The notes under the pieces: generated by a model
Databases searched by the model: none
Seen by the model: the letters and a program-made list of their open reading frames with translations, nothing else
Told to the model about the DNA's origin: nothing
Translations under genes and position numbers: made by a program
Source of the DNA: Polyangiaceae bacterium
Lineage (GTDB): Bacteria > Myxococcota_A > Polyangia > Polyangiales > Polyangiaceae
Direction of reading: 5' to 3'
NCBI GenBank assembly: GCA_965222375.1
Contig: CBDCTZ010000015.1
Coordinates: 480,001 to 544,000 of the forward strand
Length of the DNA stretch: 64,000 bases
Shown: piece after piece, positions 8,746 through 18,023 of the stretch
Numbering within the stretch: position 1 is the first letter of the stretch
Layout of the letters: each line of letters begins with the position of its first letter

Positions 8746-10716
8746 ATGTCGACGACGCGAAGCATCGGTCGAATGGCCTGGGTTTGTCTGGGCGCATGGC
8801 TGCTCTGGGCTACGGGCTGTGCGCAGACACACGCGACGGCGAGGCAACCTTCTTCTGCGAAAGGCACCAAGGCCGGTGTCGAAGAGATCGACCCGTCCGT
8901 GCCGCGGGCAAGCCTGGTCTCCCTGGAGGATGATCCCAATGCGGTAGAGGTCTCGTCCACGATCCGCAAAGTGACCGTGTATTCCGACCGAGCGCTGGTC
9001 AGACGAGAGGCAGCGGTCAAGATCTCGACGCAGCCGACGGTGTTTGCGTTTAGGCACCTGCCTGGCTGGGTAGACGATGGCTCGGTGCGTGCAGCGACGA
9101 CGTCAGGTCGCATCTTGGACGTGCGCGTCGGCAGAAGCTATCTCGCACGGGCCACTGAAAAGAGCTACCGCAAGGCGGAGGCTCAGGCCCGCGCTCTAGC
9201 CGATCGACTCCTCGCCCTCGACGACGAGCTAAGGGTGCTGGATGCCCAGACCAAGCAGGTCGAGGACATCAAGGCGTTCTCGATGGACAAGCTCAACAAG
9301 GACGTCGTGGCCGGCAACCCCAAAGGCCCGGGCAATCCACCGGTCGCGGGAAGCGTCGGCGTCAACACCTACGCAGCCGTGGTGGACTTCATCGCCCAGA
9401 AGATGCGCGAGATCGCCAAAGGGCGTCGCGCCGTACATGCCGAGCGCAAGAAGCTGGCGCCCAAAGTCAAGGCCAGCAAGCGGCGTCTCGACGATCTGCG
9501 CGGTCTGACCCAGCTGGAGGAGACGAAAGTCTTTGTCACCGTGCAGGGCAAAGCTCCAGCTCAGGGCCAACTCCAGCTCAGCTACCTGCTTCCTGGAGCG
9601 ACCTGGGAAGCCGCGCACGAGCTACGCGCTTCAGGCAAGGATGCCAAGTCCGTCGAAATCACATCCTTCGCAGTTGTCACTCAGGCAAGCGGTGAGGACT
9701 GGAACAATGCCGAGCTCACTTTCTCAACGCAGTCGTCCACCGCGACGGTGCGCATTCCAGAGCTCGAAGCGCTGACCTTGGGCAACAGCGCGGCGACGAC
9801 TCAGAGCATCGAGCGGCGCTCGGCGTCCTTCAGGCGCGCCGAGGCGGCGTTCCAAGGACAGAACCGCTTGTGGAACAAGCGAGTCCGCCGCTCCGTTGGC
9901 AGCAAGAGCTTCGAGAAGAGCTACAAGACGAACTTCGAATACCTGCAGGTGATCCAGAGCAAGACCGTCCAGCTCTTCCAAAGCCTGCAGCAGCGCGGGA
10001 CGACATCGCAGTTCAAAGCGATGAGCACGACCAAGGTGCGGGCTGATGGCCGCTCGGTGCGTGTGCCCCTCGGCCGCGCGGTCTTGAAAGCCAAGAAGGC
10101 CATCGTCGCTGCTCCCGAGCAGTCACTAAACGCGGCCGATACGCTGGAGATGGTCAACACCAGCGGGCAGTCGCTCTTGCCCGGGAAAGTGGCGCTGTAT
10201 CAAGCCGGCGCGTTCCTTGGCATGACCAACCTGGACTTCGTGGCGGAGGGCGAGAAGTTCGCGGTTTTTCTTAGCGTAGCGGACCAACTCAAGATCTCGC
10301 GCGTGCTCGACAAGAAGCGCAGCGCGCTGGTGCGAAAGAAGCGAACCCGAATGCAGCTGGCCTTCATCGTCACCGTGGAAAACCTCTCCTCCAAGACCAT
10401 GTCCCTCAAGCTCGCCGATCGCATTCCGGTGAGTGAAGACAAGGACATCGTCGTCAGCCGGGTCAAGATAAGCCCAAACATGAAGCCCGACTCAAAGGGG
10501 ATCTTGCGTTGGCCTCTCACACTACGACCCAAAGAGAAACGCAAGTTCGAGATCCAGTATCAGCTCGAATACCCGCCGACGTTGGTGCTCGAAATGAAGC
10601 GCCGCAGGGCTTCCGAGGCCGACGCTCGCGCGCCAGCAGGAATGCCGGCGCCTCGTGCCCGCCGCAAAGCCTACGATCTCAAGGAAGACATCGAGCGACT
10701 TGAGAACGCATTCTAG
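8746..10716 (+). CDS. DUF4140/DUF4139 (MuiA-like) lipoprotein
   Basis: Lipobox ATGC; IRKVTVYSDRALVRR; coiled coil; VTQASGEDWNNAELTFST; LADRIPVSEDKDIVV. Confidence 0.88.
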   Translation: MSTTRSIGRMAWVCLGAWLLWATGCAQTHATARQPSSAKGTKAGVEEIDPSVPRASLVSLEDDPNAVEVSSTIRKVTVYSDRALVRREAAVKISTQPTVFAFRHLPGWVDDGSVRAATTSGRILDVRVGRSYLARATEKSYRKAEAQARALADRLLALDDELRVLDAQTKQVEDIKAFSMDKLNKDVVAGNPKGPGNPPVAGSVGVNTYAAVVDFIAQKMREIAKGRRAVHAERKKLAPKVKASKRRLDDLRGLTQLEETKVFVTVQGKAPAQGQLQLSYLLPGATWEAAHELRASGKDAKSVEITSFAVVTQASGEDWNNAELTFSTQSSTATVRIPELEALTLGNSAATTQSIERRSASFRRAEAAFQGQNRLWNKRVRRSVGSKSFEKSYKTNFEYLQVIQSKTVQLFQSLQQRGTTSQFKAMSTTKVRADGRSVRVPLGRAVLKAKKAIVAAPEQSLNAADTLEMVNTSGQSLLPGKVALYQAGAFLGMTNLDFVAEGEKFAVFLSVADQLKISRVLDKKRSALVRKKRTRMQLAFIVTVENLSSKTMSLKLADRIPVSEDKDIVVSRVKISPNMKPDSKGILRWPLTLRPKEKRKFEIQYQLEYPPTLVLEMKRRRASEADARAPAGMPAPRARRKAYDLKEDIERLENAF

Positions 10717-10916
10717 GAAAACACGAGCCGCGTGACGCGCTAGCTCCAGAAGCGCTGACCGTGAAGGTCGACGGACTGGTCGTGACCGCAACCGGCTGCG
10801 ATTTCAGCGGTGTTGTCGACGGGCACGCGGGCCAAGACGCTCACCGGCGACGGAAATGCCCTGCGCAGAGCCAGAGTCGAGGTCTGTGAGAGCACGCTGG
10901 TCCCCAGCGGCGCCGG

Positions 10917-11441
10917 CTACTTCACACATTTGGCCAGGGTCGCTCGACCATCCGACTTGCAGCGGCCGTCGCGCTTGCACGCTTCGCTCCCTTTGCAGTC
11001 CGCATCGGAGCCCACTTCGCAGTTGCGGGACTTGAGCGTACACCTTCCGTCGGCACGACAAGCGGCACTCGCCTGGCAATCTGCCGCCTTGCGGGCAACG
11101 CACTGGCCGAGGCCTGCGTGATAGCCACAGGCGCCGCGTGTCTTGCAACTCGGGCTCGCAGCGCAGAGTTCCTTGGCGCGAGCCGACGTCACGCAGGTGC
11201 CGGCCGCGCTCGATGTCTTTTCCTCAAAGCAGGTGAGCCCCTTCGCACAATGGCGGTCGCGCCCTGCGTGATTGGGCGTTGGTCGGCAGCGCTCCCCCTC
11301 CTTGCCAGGCCCCGCTCCGAACCACGAGCAGCCCGCGGCGACTACGAGCGCGATGCAGGGCGCCGCGCCTTTCGCTAGCCCGGTCGCACGGAGAGTTCGC
11401 CGGAGGCCCCTCCGGGCCCGCATCTTTTGCCTGGTCCGCAT
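10917..11441 (-). CDS. Cys-repeat lipoprotein (C-x2-S-x2-C-x3-G-x-C repeats); start uncertain
   Basis: Lipobox AAGC; three repeats CAASPSCKTRGAC, CQASAACRADGRC, CKGSEACKRDGRC. Confidence 0.7.
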   Translation of the reverse strand: MRTRQKMRARRGLRRTLRATGLAKGAAPCIALVVAAGCSWFGAGPGKEGERCRPTPNHAGRDRHCAKGLTCFEEKTSSAAGTCVTSARAKELCAASPSCKTRGACGYHAGLGQCVARKAADCQASAACRADGRCTLKSRNCEVGSDADCKGSEACKRDGRCKSDGRATLAKCVK

Positions 11442-11607
11442 GCGGCAGAGCATACTCGACTTCGGCCGCGAAAGCTCTGTAGCTGCAGGTCCCTCTTCAT
11501 CTCCTGCCGGGGGAAACATCGCGGGACATCTGTCAACCGGCTCGCCAATCCGGCCACCGGGAGCGAGCAGGCGGCTTGGTCGGCCGGCGTTTCCGGGCGC
11601 CGACCGG

Positions 11608-12111
11608 CTAGCTCCGGAACCGCTGGCCATGAAGGTCGACGGACTGATCGAACTTGCCGCGATTGTCCGTGGCGAGGGACTGCGACAGCTCCACCCGTGA
11701 TAAGAGCCAGAAGCCGGCCTCGGCGAAAAAGCTGATGGCCGCGGCGTTGCGGGCTACTGGGCGCACGTTGAGGTAGCGGAGGCCACGCCGCCGCGCGTCG
11801 TCGACAACGTGCTGCACTAAGGCTTTTCCAACACCGCGGGCGCGAAATGCCGGTTCGACGACGATCGGCTCCAGCTCGCCGTCCGTTCCATCGACGAGCA
11901 GACCACACAGGCCGATCACGCGGTCTTCATCCTCAGCAACCCACACTGCGGCCAGCTTGTCGTGCTTCAAGTAGTCATCGAACTGGAGGCCGGGCTCCTC
12001 ACCGCCAATCTTGGGATCGCGGTACAGCTGTCGATGATGCTCGGTCAGCTGCACCCACAACTGGCGGCACGCAGCTCGGTCGCGGTCAGCATCGCATGGT
12101 CGGATCAACAT
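11608..12111 (-). CDS. GNAT family N-acetyltransferase
   Basis: VWVAEDEDRVIGL; VVEPAFRARGVGKALV acetyl-CoA motif; NAAAISFF. Confidence 0.92.
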   Translation of the reverse strand: MLIRPCDADRDRAACRQLWVQLTEHHRQLYRDPKIGGEEPGLQFDDYLKHDKLAAVWVAEDEDRVIGLCGLLVDGTDGELEPIVVEPAFRARGVGKALVQHVVDDARRRGLRYLNVRPVARNAAAISFFAEAGFWLLSRVELSQSLATDNRGKFDQSVDLHGQRFRS

Positions 12112-12188
12112 GACCCGGTCACCATAGAATGCGCCAGCGCTCCAGGGTAGTTGCTTTTCTCGGGTTTGAAGGAGACGCTATACGGGCA

Positions 12189-12326
12189 ATGAAGTTCTCG
12201 AAGTACGACACGCGTCACTACCCGATGTTGGGTGTGCAAGACGGCGACGGCGAGTGGGCCGAGCAGTACGAATCTGCGGTGCTCGACGAAATGGACTGCC
12301 GTCTGCCATTTGAAGGAACGACATGA
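12189..12326 (+). pseudogene. Possible N-terminal remnant of a class I SAM-dependent methyltransferase
   Basis: MKFSKYDTRHYPMLGVQDGDGEWAEQYESAVLDEMD resembles the pre-motif-I segment (GYxxWAxxY) of a methyltransferase family; ends before any GxG motif. Confidence 0.4.
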
Positions 12327-12949
12327 CCGTCTACGCATTCCTGCACGAAGGGTACTCGGACTGGGAACTCGGATACATCTTGCCCGAACTCAGGACGCCG
12401 CCCCCGGCACCCACCATCGAGAAAACCCTGAAGCAGGTCACGAGCTTCGGGCTCACCACCAACAGTGTCCTCTCCATGGGCGGATTGCGGGTGACGCCGG
12501 ATGTGACTCTCGCCGATGTAGATCTCGAAAACCTCGAAGCCCTGATCTTGCCCGGAGGAACGTTCTGGAACGGATTCGAGGACGCGTCTCTGGACGCGTT
12601 GGTCGCAGAGGTTTCCAAGGCCAATCGCGTCATCGGTGCCATCTGCGCAGCGACCGGCTACCTGGCTGGCCTTGGCTTGCTCGACGACGTGGATCACACC
12701 AGCAATGCCTGCGCCTTCCTGAAGCAGCGGGCACCGAACTACCAAGGTCAGTCGCGTTACAAAGAAGAGCTAGCGGTTGATGGCGGCAACCTCGTCACGG
12801 CCAGCGGCCTGGGCGCTGTGGACTTTGCGCACAAGCTCCTGCTGAAACTGAAAGTGTACCCTCCCGCCTTCGCCGACGTGTGGCTACGTGCCTTCAAGTA
12901 CGGCGAGGATCCCTTCTCGAAAAGCGACGCGTCAGAGTCAGCGAGCTGA
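12323..12949 (+). CDS. DJ-1/PfpI family protein
   Basis: YSDWELGY, VLSMGGLRVTPD, LILPGG, catalytic GAICAAT. Confidence 0.92.
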   Translation: MTVYAFLHEGYSDWELGYILPELRTPPPAPTIEKTLKQVTSFGLTTNSVLSMGGLRVTPDVTLADVDLENLEALILPGGTFWNGFEDASLDALVAEVSKANRVIGAICAATGYLAGLGLLDDVDHTSNACAFLKQRAPNYQGQSRYKEELAVDGGNLVTASGLGAVDFAHKLLLKLKVYPPAFADVWLRAFKYGEDPFSKSDASESAS

Positions 12950-13010
12950 GCCCACGGAGGAGCCTCTTACGGCTTCGAGACGGGCGCAATGGACACTAGG
13001 ATGCGCCAGC

Positions 13011-13106
13011 ATGCGCGTGATGAAAGGCGATTTGATCCAACTGGCGCTCGACGGACACTTCGACGTGACCGTGCACGGCGCCAATTGTCAACAACACCGC
13101 CGGTAG
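13011..13106 (+). pseudogene. N-terminal remnant of a macro-domain protein
   Basis: MRVMKGDLIQLALDGHFDVTVHGANC matches the macro-domain start (KGDL...DxIVHxxNC) but stops five codons later, before the GxGIA loop. Confidence 0.65.
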
Positions 13107-13177
13107 AGGCCCTGGCACGCGCGCTAGAAAACGTGCGCGCTGCTGCGCTCTGCTAGGGTCCCGGCATCAAAGCCTAC

Positions 13178-14014
13178 TTGCAGTCCCTCGCACACTTCGC
13201 CGCCCGTGTTCGCGCAACACCGGTGTTGGCCGTGTTCGCCACCGCTGCGGCGCTGGCGCAGGGCGCGATTGGCTACCACATGCTCGAGGGCATCTGGGCC
13301 ATTGTCGTCTACCCGCTCGTGAACTTTGCCTTCGCCTCGGTCGTGCTCTTCGTGGTGCGCCATCGCGGACGGCCCGACGAATCCCAGCTCCGCGCACCGC
13401 GGCTGCAACTCATCATCGTACTCGCGTTCGTCGCGCTTCATTTCGCCGCGCTCGCGTCGCAGTTTCCCGATCCCGCTCTGGCAAACAACCCGCTGACGCA
13501 GGCTGCGCGCTACGTGATTCGCCCCTTTGCCGGCGTCTTCAGCAACCTCGCCGTCGGCGCGCTGCCCGTCGCCGCACTGCTCTTGCTCTCGCGTCGACTC
13601 AGCGATTACGGGCTCGCCCGCTTCGACCTGCGCTCCCTGCTCATCATCATGGCGCTGTATCTTCCGCTACTGCTGACTAGTGTGCAGGGAACCCTGACCA
13701 CTGCAGCCATCTACTTCGTCGTAGCCGCGCTGCCCGAGGAGCTTCTGTACCGAGCGCTCTTGCAACGCCGGTTGCGGGCAGTGATGAGGGACCCGCTCGT
13801 CGCCGTGGTGATAGCTGCCCTCATCTTCGGCTTCATGCACCTGCCCATCAACTCGGCTACCCATGGCAGTATTGCTTGGTCGGCGGTGTACTGCATCGGG
13901 CTCAACGCCTTCGGGGGCGCGCTATTCGGATACATCTACCTGCGAACCCAATCCCTCGCGGTCGTAGCCATCATCCACTGGTGGGCCGCCGTAGCAAGCG
14001 GCGCATCGGGCTGA
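13178..14014 (+). CDS. CPBP (CAAX/Abi) family intramembrane glutamic endopeptidase
   Basis: Multi-TM protein; PEELLYR, FGFMH and IIHWW motifs. Confidence 0.9.
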   Translation: MQSLAHFAARVRATPVLAVFATAAALAQGAIGYHMLEGIWAIVVYPLVNFAFASVVLFVVRHRGRPDESQLRAPRLQLIIVLAFVALHFAALASQFPDPALANNPLTQAARYVIRPFAGVFSNLAVGALPVAALLLLSRRLSDYGLARFDLRSLLIIMALYLPLLLTSVQGTLTTAAIYFVVAALPEELLYRALLQRRLRAVMRDPLVAVVIAALIFGFMHLPINSATHGSIAWSAVYCIGLNAFGGALFGYIYLRTQSLAVVAIIHWWAAVASGASG

Positions 14015-14023
14015 AGCTCCGTC

Positions 14024-14473
14024 CTAGTCTTCGACGCGGAAGCGTCCGACCGCGATGGTCTTGCCCGTGGCAACGTCCTCAATCAGCACTTCGTAGGTGC
14101 CAGCAGTCGGCAACTTCCAGGTCTTGTAGAAGACGTTGAGGTCCCCGCTGATGTCGCTTTCGCTACGGGTGAGTTGCTGGCGCTCACCACCATTGATCAT
14201 GTACATGGTGTTGCGGATCTTGTCGGCGGGAAATTGGTCTTCCGAGGTCGTGAGCTTGTAGCCGATGTGCCCAGTCGACAGCTTCTCTGGGAAGCGATCG
14301 ATTTCGGGGTCTGTTTCCGACTTTGGAACGCCGAAACGTAGCGTGTAGCGCGGGTCGTTTTGCTCGGCCGGCGCGGCCGATGCGCTCGGCGAGGGCCCGG
14401 AGTTACCACTCTGCTTGCAGGCGACAAGCGCGGCGAGCAAGACGGCCAGAGACCCGATGACTGTTGTTCGCAT
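14024..14473 (-). CDS. Lipoprotein of unknown function with Ig-like C-terminal domain
   Basis: GGGAGG RBS, lipobox LVAC, C-terminal AGTYEVLI...GRFRV strands. Confidence 0.75.
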   Translation of the reverse strand: MRTTVIGSLAVLLAALVACKQSGNSGPSPSASAAPAEQNDPRYTLRFGVPKSETDPEIDRFPEKLSTGHIGYKLTTSEDQFPADKIRNTMYMINGGERQQLTRSESDISGDLNVFYKTWKLPTAGTYEVLIEDVATGKTIAVGRFRVED

Positions 14474-14612
14474 GATTCCCTCCCGACAGCTGGGCCTCCG
14501 TTGAAAGCATGACCGTCGTTTGGTGTCACGCAGCATTTCCGTTCTGGCGGCGGCCGAGTTCGTATCAAAGCAATCGCACTGCCCGTCAGAACCGGCCATG
14601 CGCTAAAGTAAC

Positions 14613-15257
14613 GTGATCGCCGATAGAACCCTCAAAAGCGCGCTCCTGGTTGCGAGTGTTGCTCTCTCGACGGGCTGCACCAGCAGCGGGCTCGGCGTCG
14701 TGCCTCGCTATCCTTACGTCGAGGACCGCGGGCTGGCCCTCGAGCGCGAAGTCCTCACACTGCAGGTGGAGAGAAGTGGCAGCGTGCGAGTGCACGCGCT
14801 CTTTCGCTTCATCGCCGAATCCGCACCACGTGACCGCGTTGCAACGTTCCCCATCGGCGGCCCGCGTAAAGTCACCCGTGGGTTCCGCGCGACCCTGCCC
14901 GGGCGAGACCCGAGCCGGCTACCGGTAGCTCCCGGTGACTCCGGCGCGTTGCCTATGGGAAGCGCCGTCGCCCACTGGGACATCTGGCTGGATGGCCAAG
15001 CCCTCAAGCGTCACGACGGTTGGCTCTCAGTGCGCTATGAGCAGCCCGGCTCCGGTGATTTCGGCTACGTACTCAAGAGTGGCGCCTATTGGCGTGGGCC
15101 CATCCGGAGCCTCACCGTCATCCTGGAAGACCCCCACACGCGCGTTGCAGCGCTTTCTGTCGAGGGCAAGCGCATGCTCGTTCGTGGGCGCGAACGAACA
15201 TCGGTCAAACTTCGAGACGTCGAACCGAAACATCGTATTAGGCTGGAACTTTTATGA
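14613..15257 (+). CDS. DUF4424-like lipoprotein
   Basis: Lipobox STGC; LEREVLTL...FRF...FP; YVLKSGAYWRGPIRSLTV. Confidence 0.65.
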   Translation: MIADRTLKSALLVASVALSTGCTSSGLGVVPRYPYVEDRGLALEREVLTLQVERSGSVRVHALFRFIAESAPRDRVATFPIGGPRKVTRGFRATLPGRDPSRLPVAPGDSGALPMGSAVAHWDIWLDGQALKRHDGWLSVRYEQPGSGDFGYVLKSGAYWRGPIRSLTVILEDPHTRVAALSVEGKRMLVRGRERTSVKLRDVEPKHRIRLELL

Positions 15258-15925
15258 CCAAACGGTTCCTAGTATCCTTGGCCCTGATCGCTGCCTATGC
15301 GCCCAGCACCGCACTCGCGGACGCCGGCCCCAAGATCGAGAACTCGCTGTGGCTTCCGATTGGCATCAACACCGGCTACGCCATCAATCCGGCGCAGGTG
15401 TCGAACGGACTGCTATTCGGTGCGGAAGCCAGCTTTGTCTACCTGGACCGGAGCGCCAAATGGGCTGGAGTGTACACGGACCTGCTGCGCGACTTCGGCT
15501 CGGACACCACACGCTGGAGCGCCGGCGCCGAGTTCGGCGTGACCATTTTCGGGCTGGATGTCGGCTACGTGCGCAGCTACGGCGACACGGATTGGAGCGG
15601 AGTACGCGGACGGTTCCTGCTCTCAATGGCGGCCATCCACCTCTACGGTGGTCACGGATGGATCCTCAGCGGCGATGAGACCGAAGTCTATGGTGAGGTC
15701 GGGTTGCTCCTGAAGTTCCCGATCAACGTTTGGTCCGCTGAACCCAGGCGACGCCACGAGCCCGCGGTGGACCCACAAGAGTATGAGCGCCCGCAAGAAG
15801 ACGAAGAGCAGCTAGGCGACGCGCCCCTCGTGACCGAGCCCGGGCCCGAACCACCGCCCCCGACCAGCTATCCACCGCCCGACGACACGCCCGTGGCGCC
15901 CGTGCCGACGCCAGCACCAAACTGA
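15254..15925 (+). CDS. Putative small outer-membrane beta-barrel protein with acidic Pro-rich tail
   Basis: Signal peptide (ALA-D), alternating Gly/aromatic beta strands, PEPPPP tail; ATGA overlap. Confidence 0.65.
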   Translation: MTKRFLVSLALIAAYAPSTALADAGPKIENSLWLPIGINTGYAINPAQVSNGLLFGAEASFVYLDRSAKWAGVYTDLLRDFGSDTTRWSAGAEFGVTIFGLDVGYVRSYGDTDWSGVRGRFLLSMAAIHLYGGHGWILSGDETEVYGEVGLLLKFPINVWSAEPRRRHEPAVDPQEYERPQEDEEQLGDAPLVTEPGPEPPPPTSYPPPDDTPVAPVPTPAPN

Positions 15926-15930
15926 CCCGA

Positions 15931-15986
15931 CTTGGCCCCGCACGAGAGTAGTGGCCCGGCTTGGCCCCGCACGAGAGTAGTGGCCC
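15931..15986. repeat. Tandem direct repeat, 2 x CTTGGCCCCGCACGAGAGTAGTGGCCC (period 29)
   Basis: Exact 27-nt copies at 15931 and 15960. Confidence 0.9.
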
Positions 15987-16019
15987 AGCAAGGCCCAGAG
16001 AACCGACCCCAAAAACACA

Positions 16020-16058
16020 AGAGCAAACTGCCCGGTCCCTCCGAGAAGGGCCGGGCAG
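16020..16058 (-). terminator. Probable intrinsic terminator of the Spy/CpxP-like gene
   Basis: CTGCCCGG...CCGGGCAG stem followed on the minus strand by a T-rich tract. Confidence 0.6.
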
Positions 16059-16076
16059 CTACTCGCACGGGCGCGC

Positions 16077-16985
16077 TTACTTTTCGACGGCGGGCTGCAC
16101 CTTTTCACCAAGCATGACCTTCTTGGGGCCCTCTTGGATCATGTCCGCCATCAGGCCGCGCTGCTCGGGTGTGAACACGGACAAGATCGTGTCCGTGCGC
16201 TGACCCGCGTCGGCGAAGTGCTGTCGCAGCACTTTGACCTTCTTGGCGTGATACGAATTGAGCGCCGTGCGGAAGTCTTCGCCTTCGAAAGCGTCGACGA
16301 GCTGGTTCAACTCGGCCCGAGTCGGACGCAGTCGCTCCTTCTCGCCCATCATTTCTTTCTTGATCGCCTTGAGCTTGTCGATCTGAAAGGTCGAGAGCAT
16401 CAGCTGCGCGGTGAACTTCCTGATTCCGTCCTTGCGGCGCTTGTCGGCTTCCCGACGTGGACCGAACTTCTTGTCGATCTCGGCGCGCAACACCGTGGCG
16501 ACAGCAGCTCGCTGACTCTCGTCCAGAGTGCCGTGGATTTCCTCCGCGGCGTCGACCTTTTGCTGCATGCGCTCTTCCATCGCGCTGAGCGCTTCGCTGA
16601 CGCTCTGCTCGAAATCCTTCGAGTTGGTGTCGCCCGAACGCACCACCGCGATAGCCGACTTCTTGAGTCGCTTACCAAGCTCACGCTTGCTCTCGTGGTC
16701 GAGCCTCAGCTCTGCCTCGATGGTGGTCAGGCTCGTCGCCTGGGCGGGAGTCAGGTCGGCCTTGGCCCGGGCCGCGTCGATGATGATGTTGACGGGGCTG
16801 CGGTAGTGGCGATGGGCTCTCGCGGACTGGTCGGCGGAGAGGTCTTTGGCAGCGACCTCCTGCTCCTTCGGCTTTTCGTCCACATTGGCGGCGCAGGCGA
16901 CCGCCCCGGACAGGGCAATGGCGCCGGCGGCGGCAAAAGCGACGCGACGATGCAGGCTTGTTCGTTCCTTTGCTTGGCTCTTCAT
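16077..16985 (-). CDS. Spy/CpxP-like (LTXXQ) lipoprotein with duplicated domain
   Basis: Lipobox AVAC; LTPAQ, LDESQR, LSTFQ and FTPEQR motifs in two helical halves. Confidence 0.75.
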   Translation of the reverse strand: MKSQAKERTSLHRRVAFAAAGAIALSGAVACAANVDEKPKEQEVAAKDLSADQSARAHRHYRSPVNIIIDAARAKADLTPAQATSLTTIEAELRLDHESKRELGKRLKKSAIAVVRSGDTNSKDFEQSVSEALSAMEERMQQKVDAAEEIHGTLDESQRAAVATVLRAEIDKKFGPRREADKRRKDGIRKFTAQLMLSTFQIDKLKAIKKEMMGEKERLRPTRAELNQLVDAFEGEDFRTALNSYHAKKVKVLRQHFADAGQRTDTILSVFTPEQRGLMADMIQEGPKKVMLGEKVQPAVEK

Positions 16986-17135
16986 GTATTTCAGTCTAAG
17001 GCGGTTTCGCGAGAACGCACGCCCCCCAAACACTTCTTAACACTGCGCCACAACTAGTCGAAACACTGCGCCTTCACTCCATATTCAAATAAATCTAGTG
17101 CTGCAGCTCCGACCCGCAACCCCGCCCTTTTCCCC

Positions 17136-18023
17136 ATGACTCACGCCCACAGTATCCGCCTCGTGGCCGCCTTCGACCTGGTGGAGTCGCTCAAATCGCG
17201 CAGAGCCATCGTGCTCTTCGCCCTGTACTTCGCGGGCGCGCTGGGAGCTTCGGGGATCTTCATTCGAGTGCTCACCGCGATTCAAGAGCGCCTCGAAGAA
17301 CAAGTGGGCCAAGCCGTCGACGTCAAGCAGCTGATGGAGAGCCCCGGCATGGGTCGACTGGTCGGAGCCTTAGCGGGTGACGAACAGGTTGCGGAAGCCA
17401 TCGTTGGCATTCCACCGATGGCACTCTTCTATGGTTGGCTGGCAATGAACTTCGTGCCGCTCTTGGTCTTGTTCACTTCGGCCGACGCGATCAGTGGCGA
17501 TCTGAGCAGCGGCGCGGTTCGCTTTTCCTTGTTCCGCACGGATCGAATCAGTTGGGCGCTCGGCAAACTGATTGGCCAAACCTGCCTCATGGCGGTCGGC
17601 GTGCTCGTAGGCGCGATTGGTTGCTGGTTGATGGGCCTCGTCTTTCTCGACGACATGCGTGTCGGCCAAACCGCGCTGTGGCTCTTGCGCATCTCGGGCC
17701 GCACCATCGTTTACAGCTTTTCCTATCTGGGCATGGCGATGTGTGCGTCCCAGTTGACGCGCACGCGCTTCCGCGCCGGTGGCCTGGCCCTTGCGCTGAT
17801 GTTCATGGCCTCTTTGGGCGGCAGCGTGATCCAATTCGAACCGATCGCGGACATCTCGCCACCCGTGTTTGGCGCCTTGGCCAAGCTGTTCCCGAGCGGG
17901 CACCACTTGTACCTGTGGCACCCGGGCATCCTGGAGAGCACCACGGCGATGGTCGGCCTGATCTCGATAGGCCTGACCTTCTTCTTCTTGGGCTTCTGGC
18001 GCTTTTCGACGAGGGACGCATGA
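17136..18023 (+). CDS. ABC-2 type transporter permease
   Basis: Multi-TM; SADAISGDLSSGAVRFSLFRTDRISWALGK motif; coupled to the ATPase gene. Confidence 0.88.
   Translation: MTHAHSIRLVAAFDLVESLKSRRAIVLFALYFAGALGASGIFIRVLTAIQERLEEQVGQAVDVKQLMESPGMGRLVGALAGDEQVAEAIVGIPPMALFYGWLAMNFVPLLVLFTSADAISGDLSSGAVRFSLFRTDRISWALGKLIGQTCLMAVGVLVGAIGCWLMGLVFLDDMRVGQTALWLLRISGRTIVYSFSYLGMAMCASQLTRTRFRAGGLALALMFMASLGGSVIQFEPIADISPPVFGALAKLFPSGHHLYLWHPGILESTTAMVGLISIGLTFFFLGFWRFSTRDA

Noticed and set aside
15931..15986. Possible CRISPR mini-array
   Set aside because: Only two copies, separated by 2 nt; no spacers and no cas genes
1..16000. Integron-like cassette array
   Set aside because: Many small unrelated genes, but mixed orientation, no repeated attC-like sites and no integrase
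16134..17057. 307-aa plus-strand ORF
   Set aside because: Antisense shadow of the Spy-like gene
17435..18019. N-terminal extension of the ABC ATPase ORF
   Set aside because: Overlaps the permease in another frame; the ATG at 18020 gives the usual ATGA coupling
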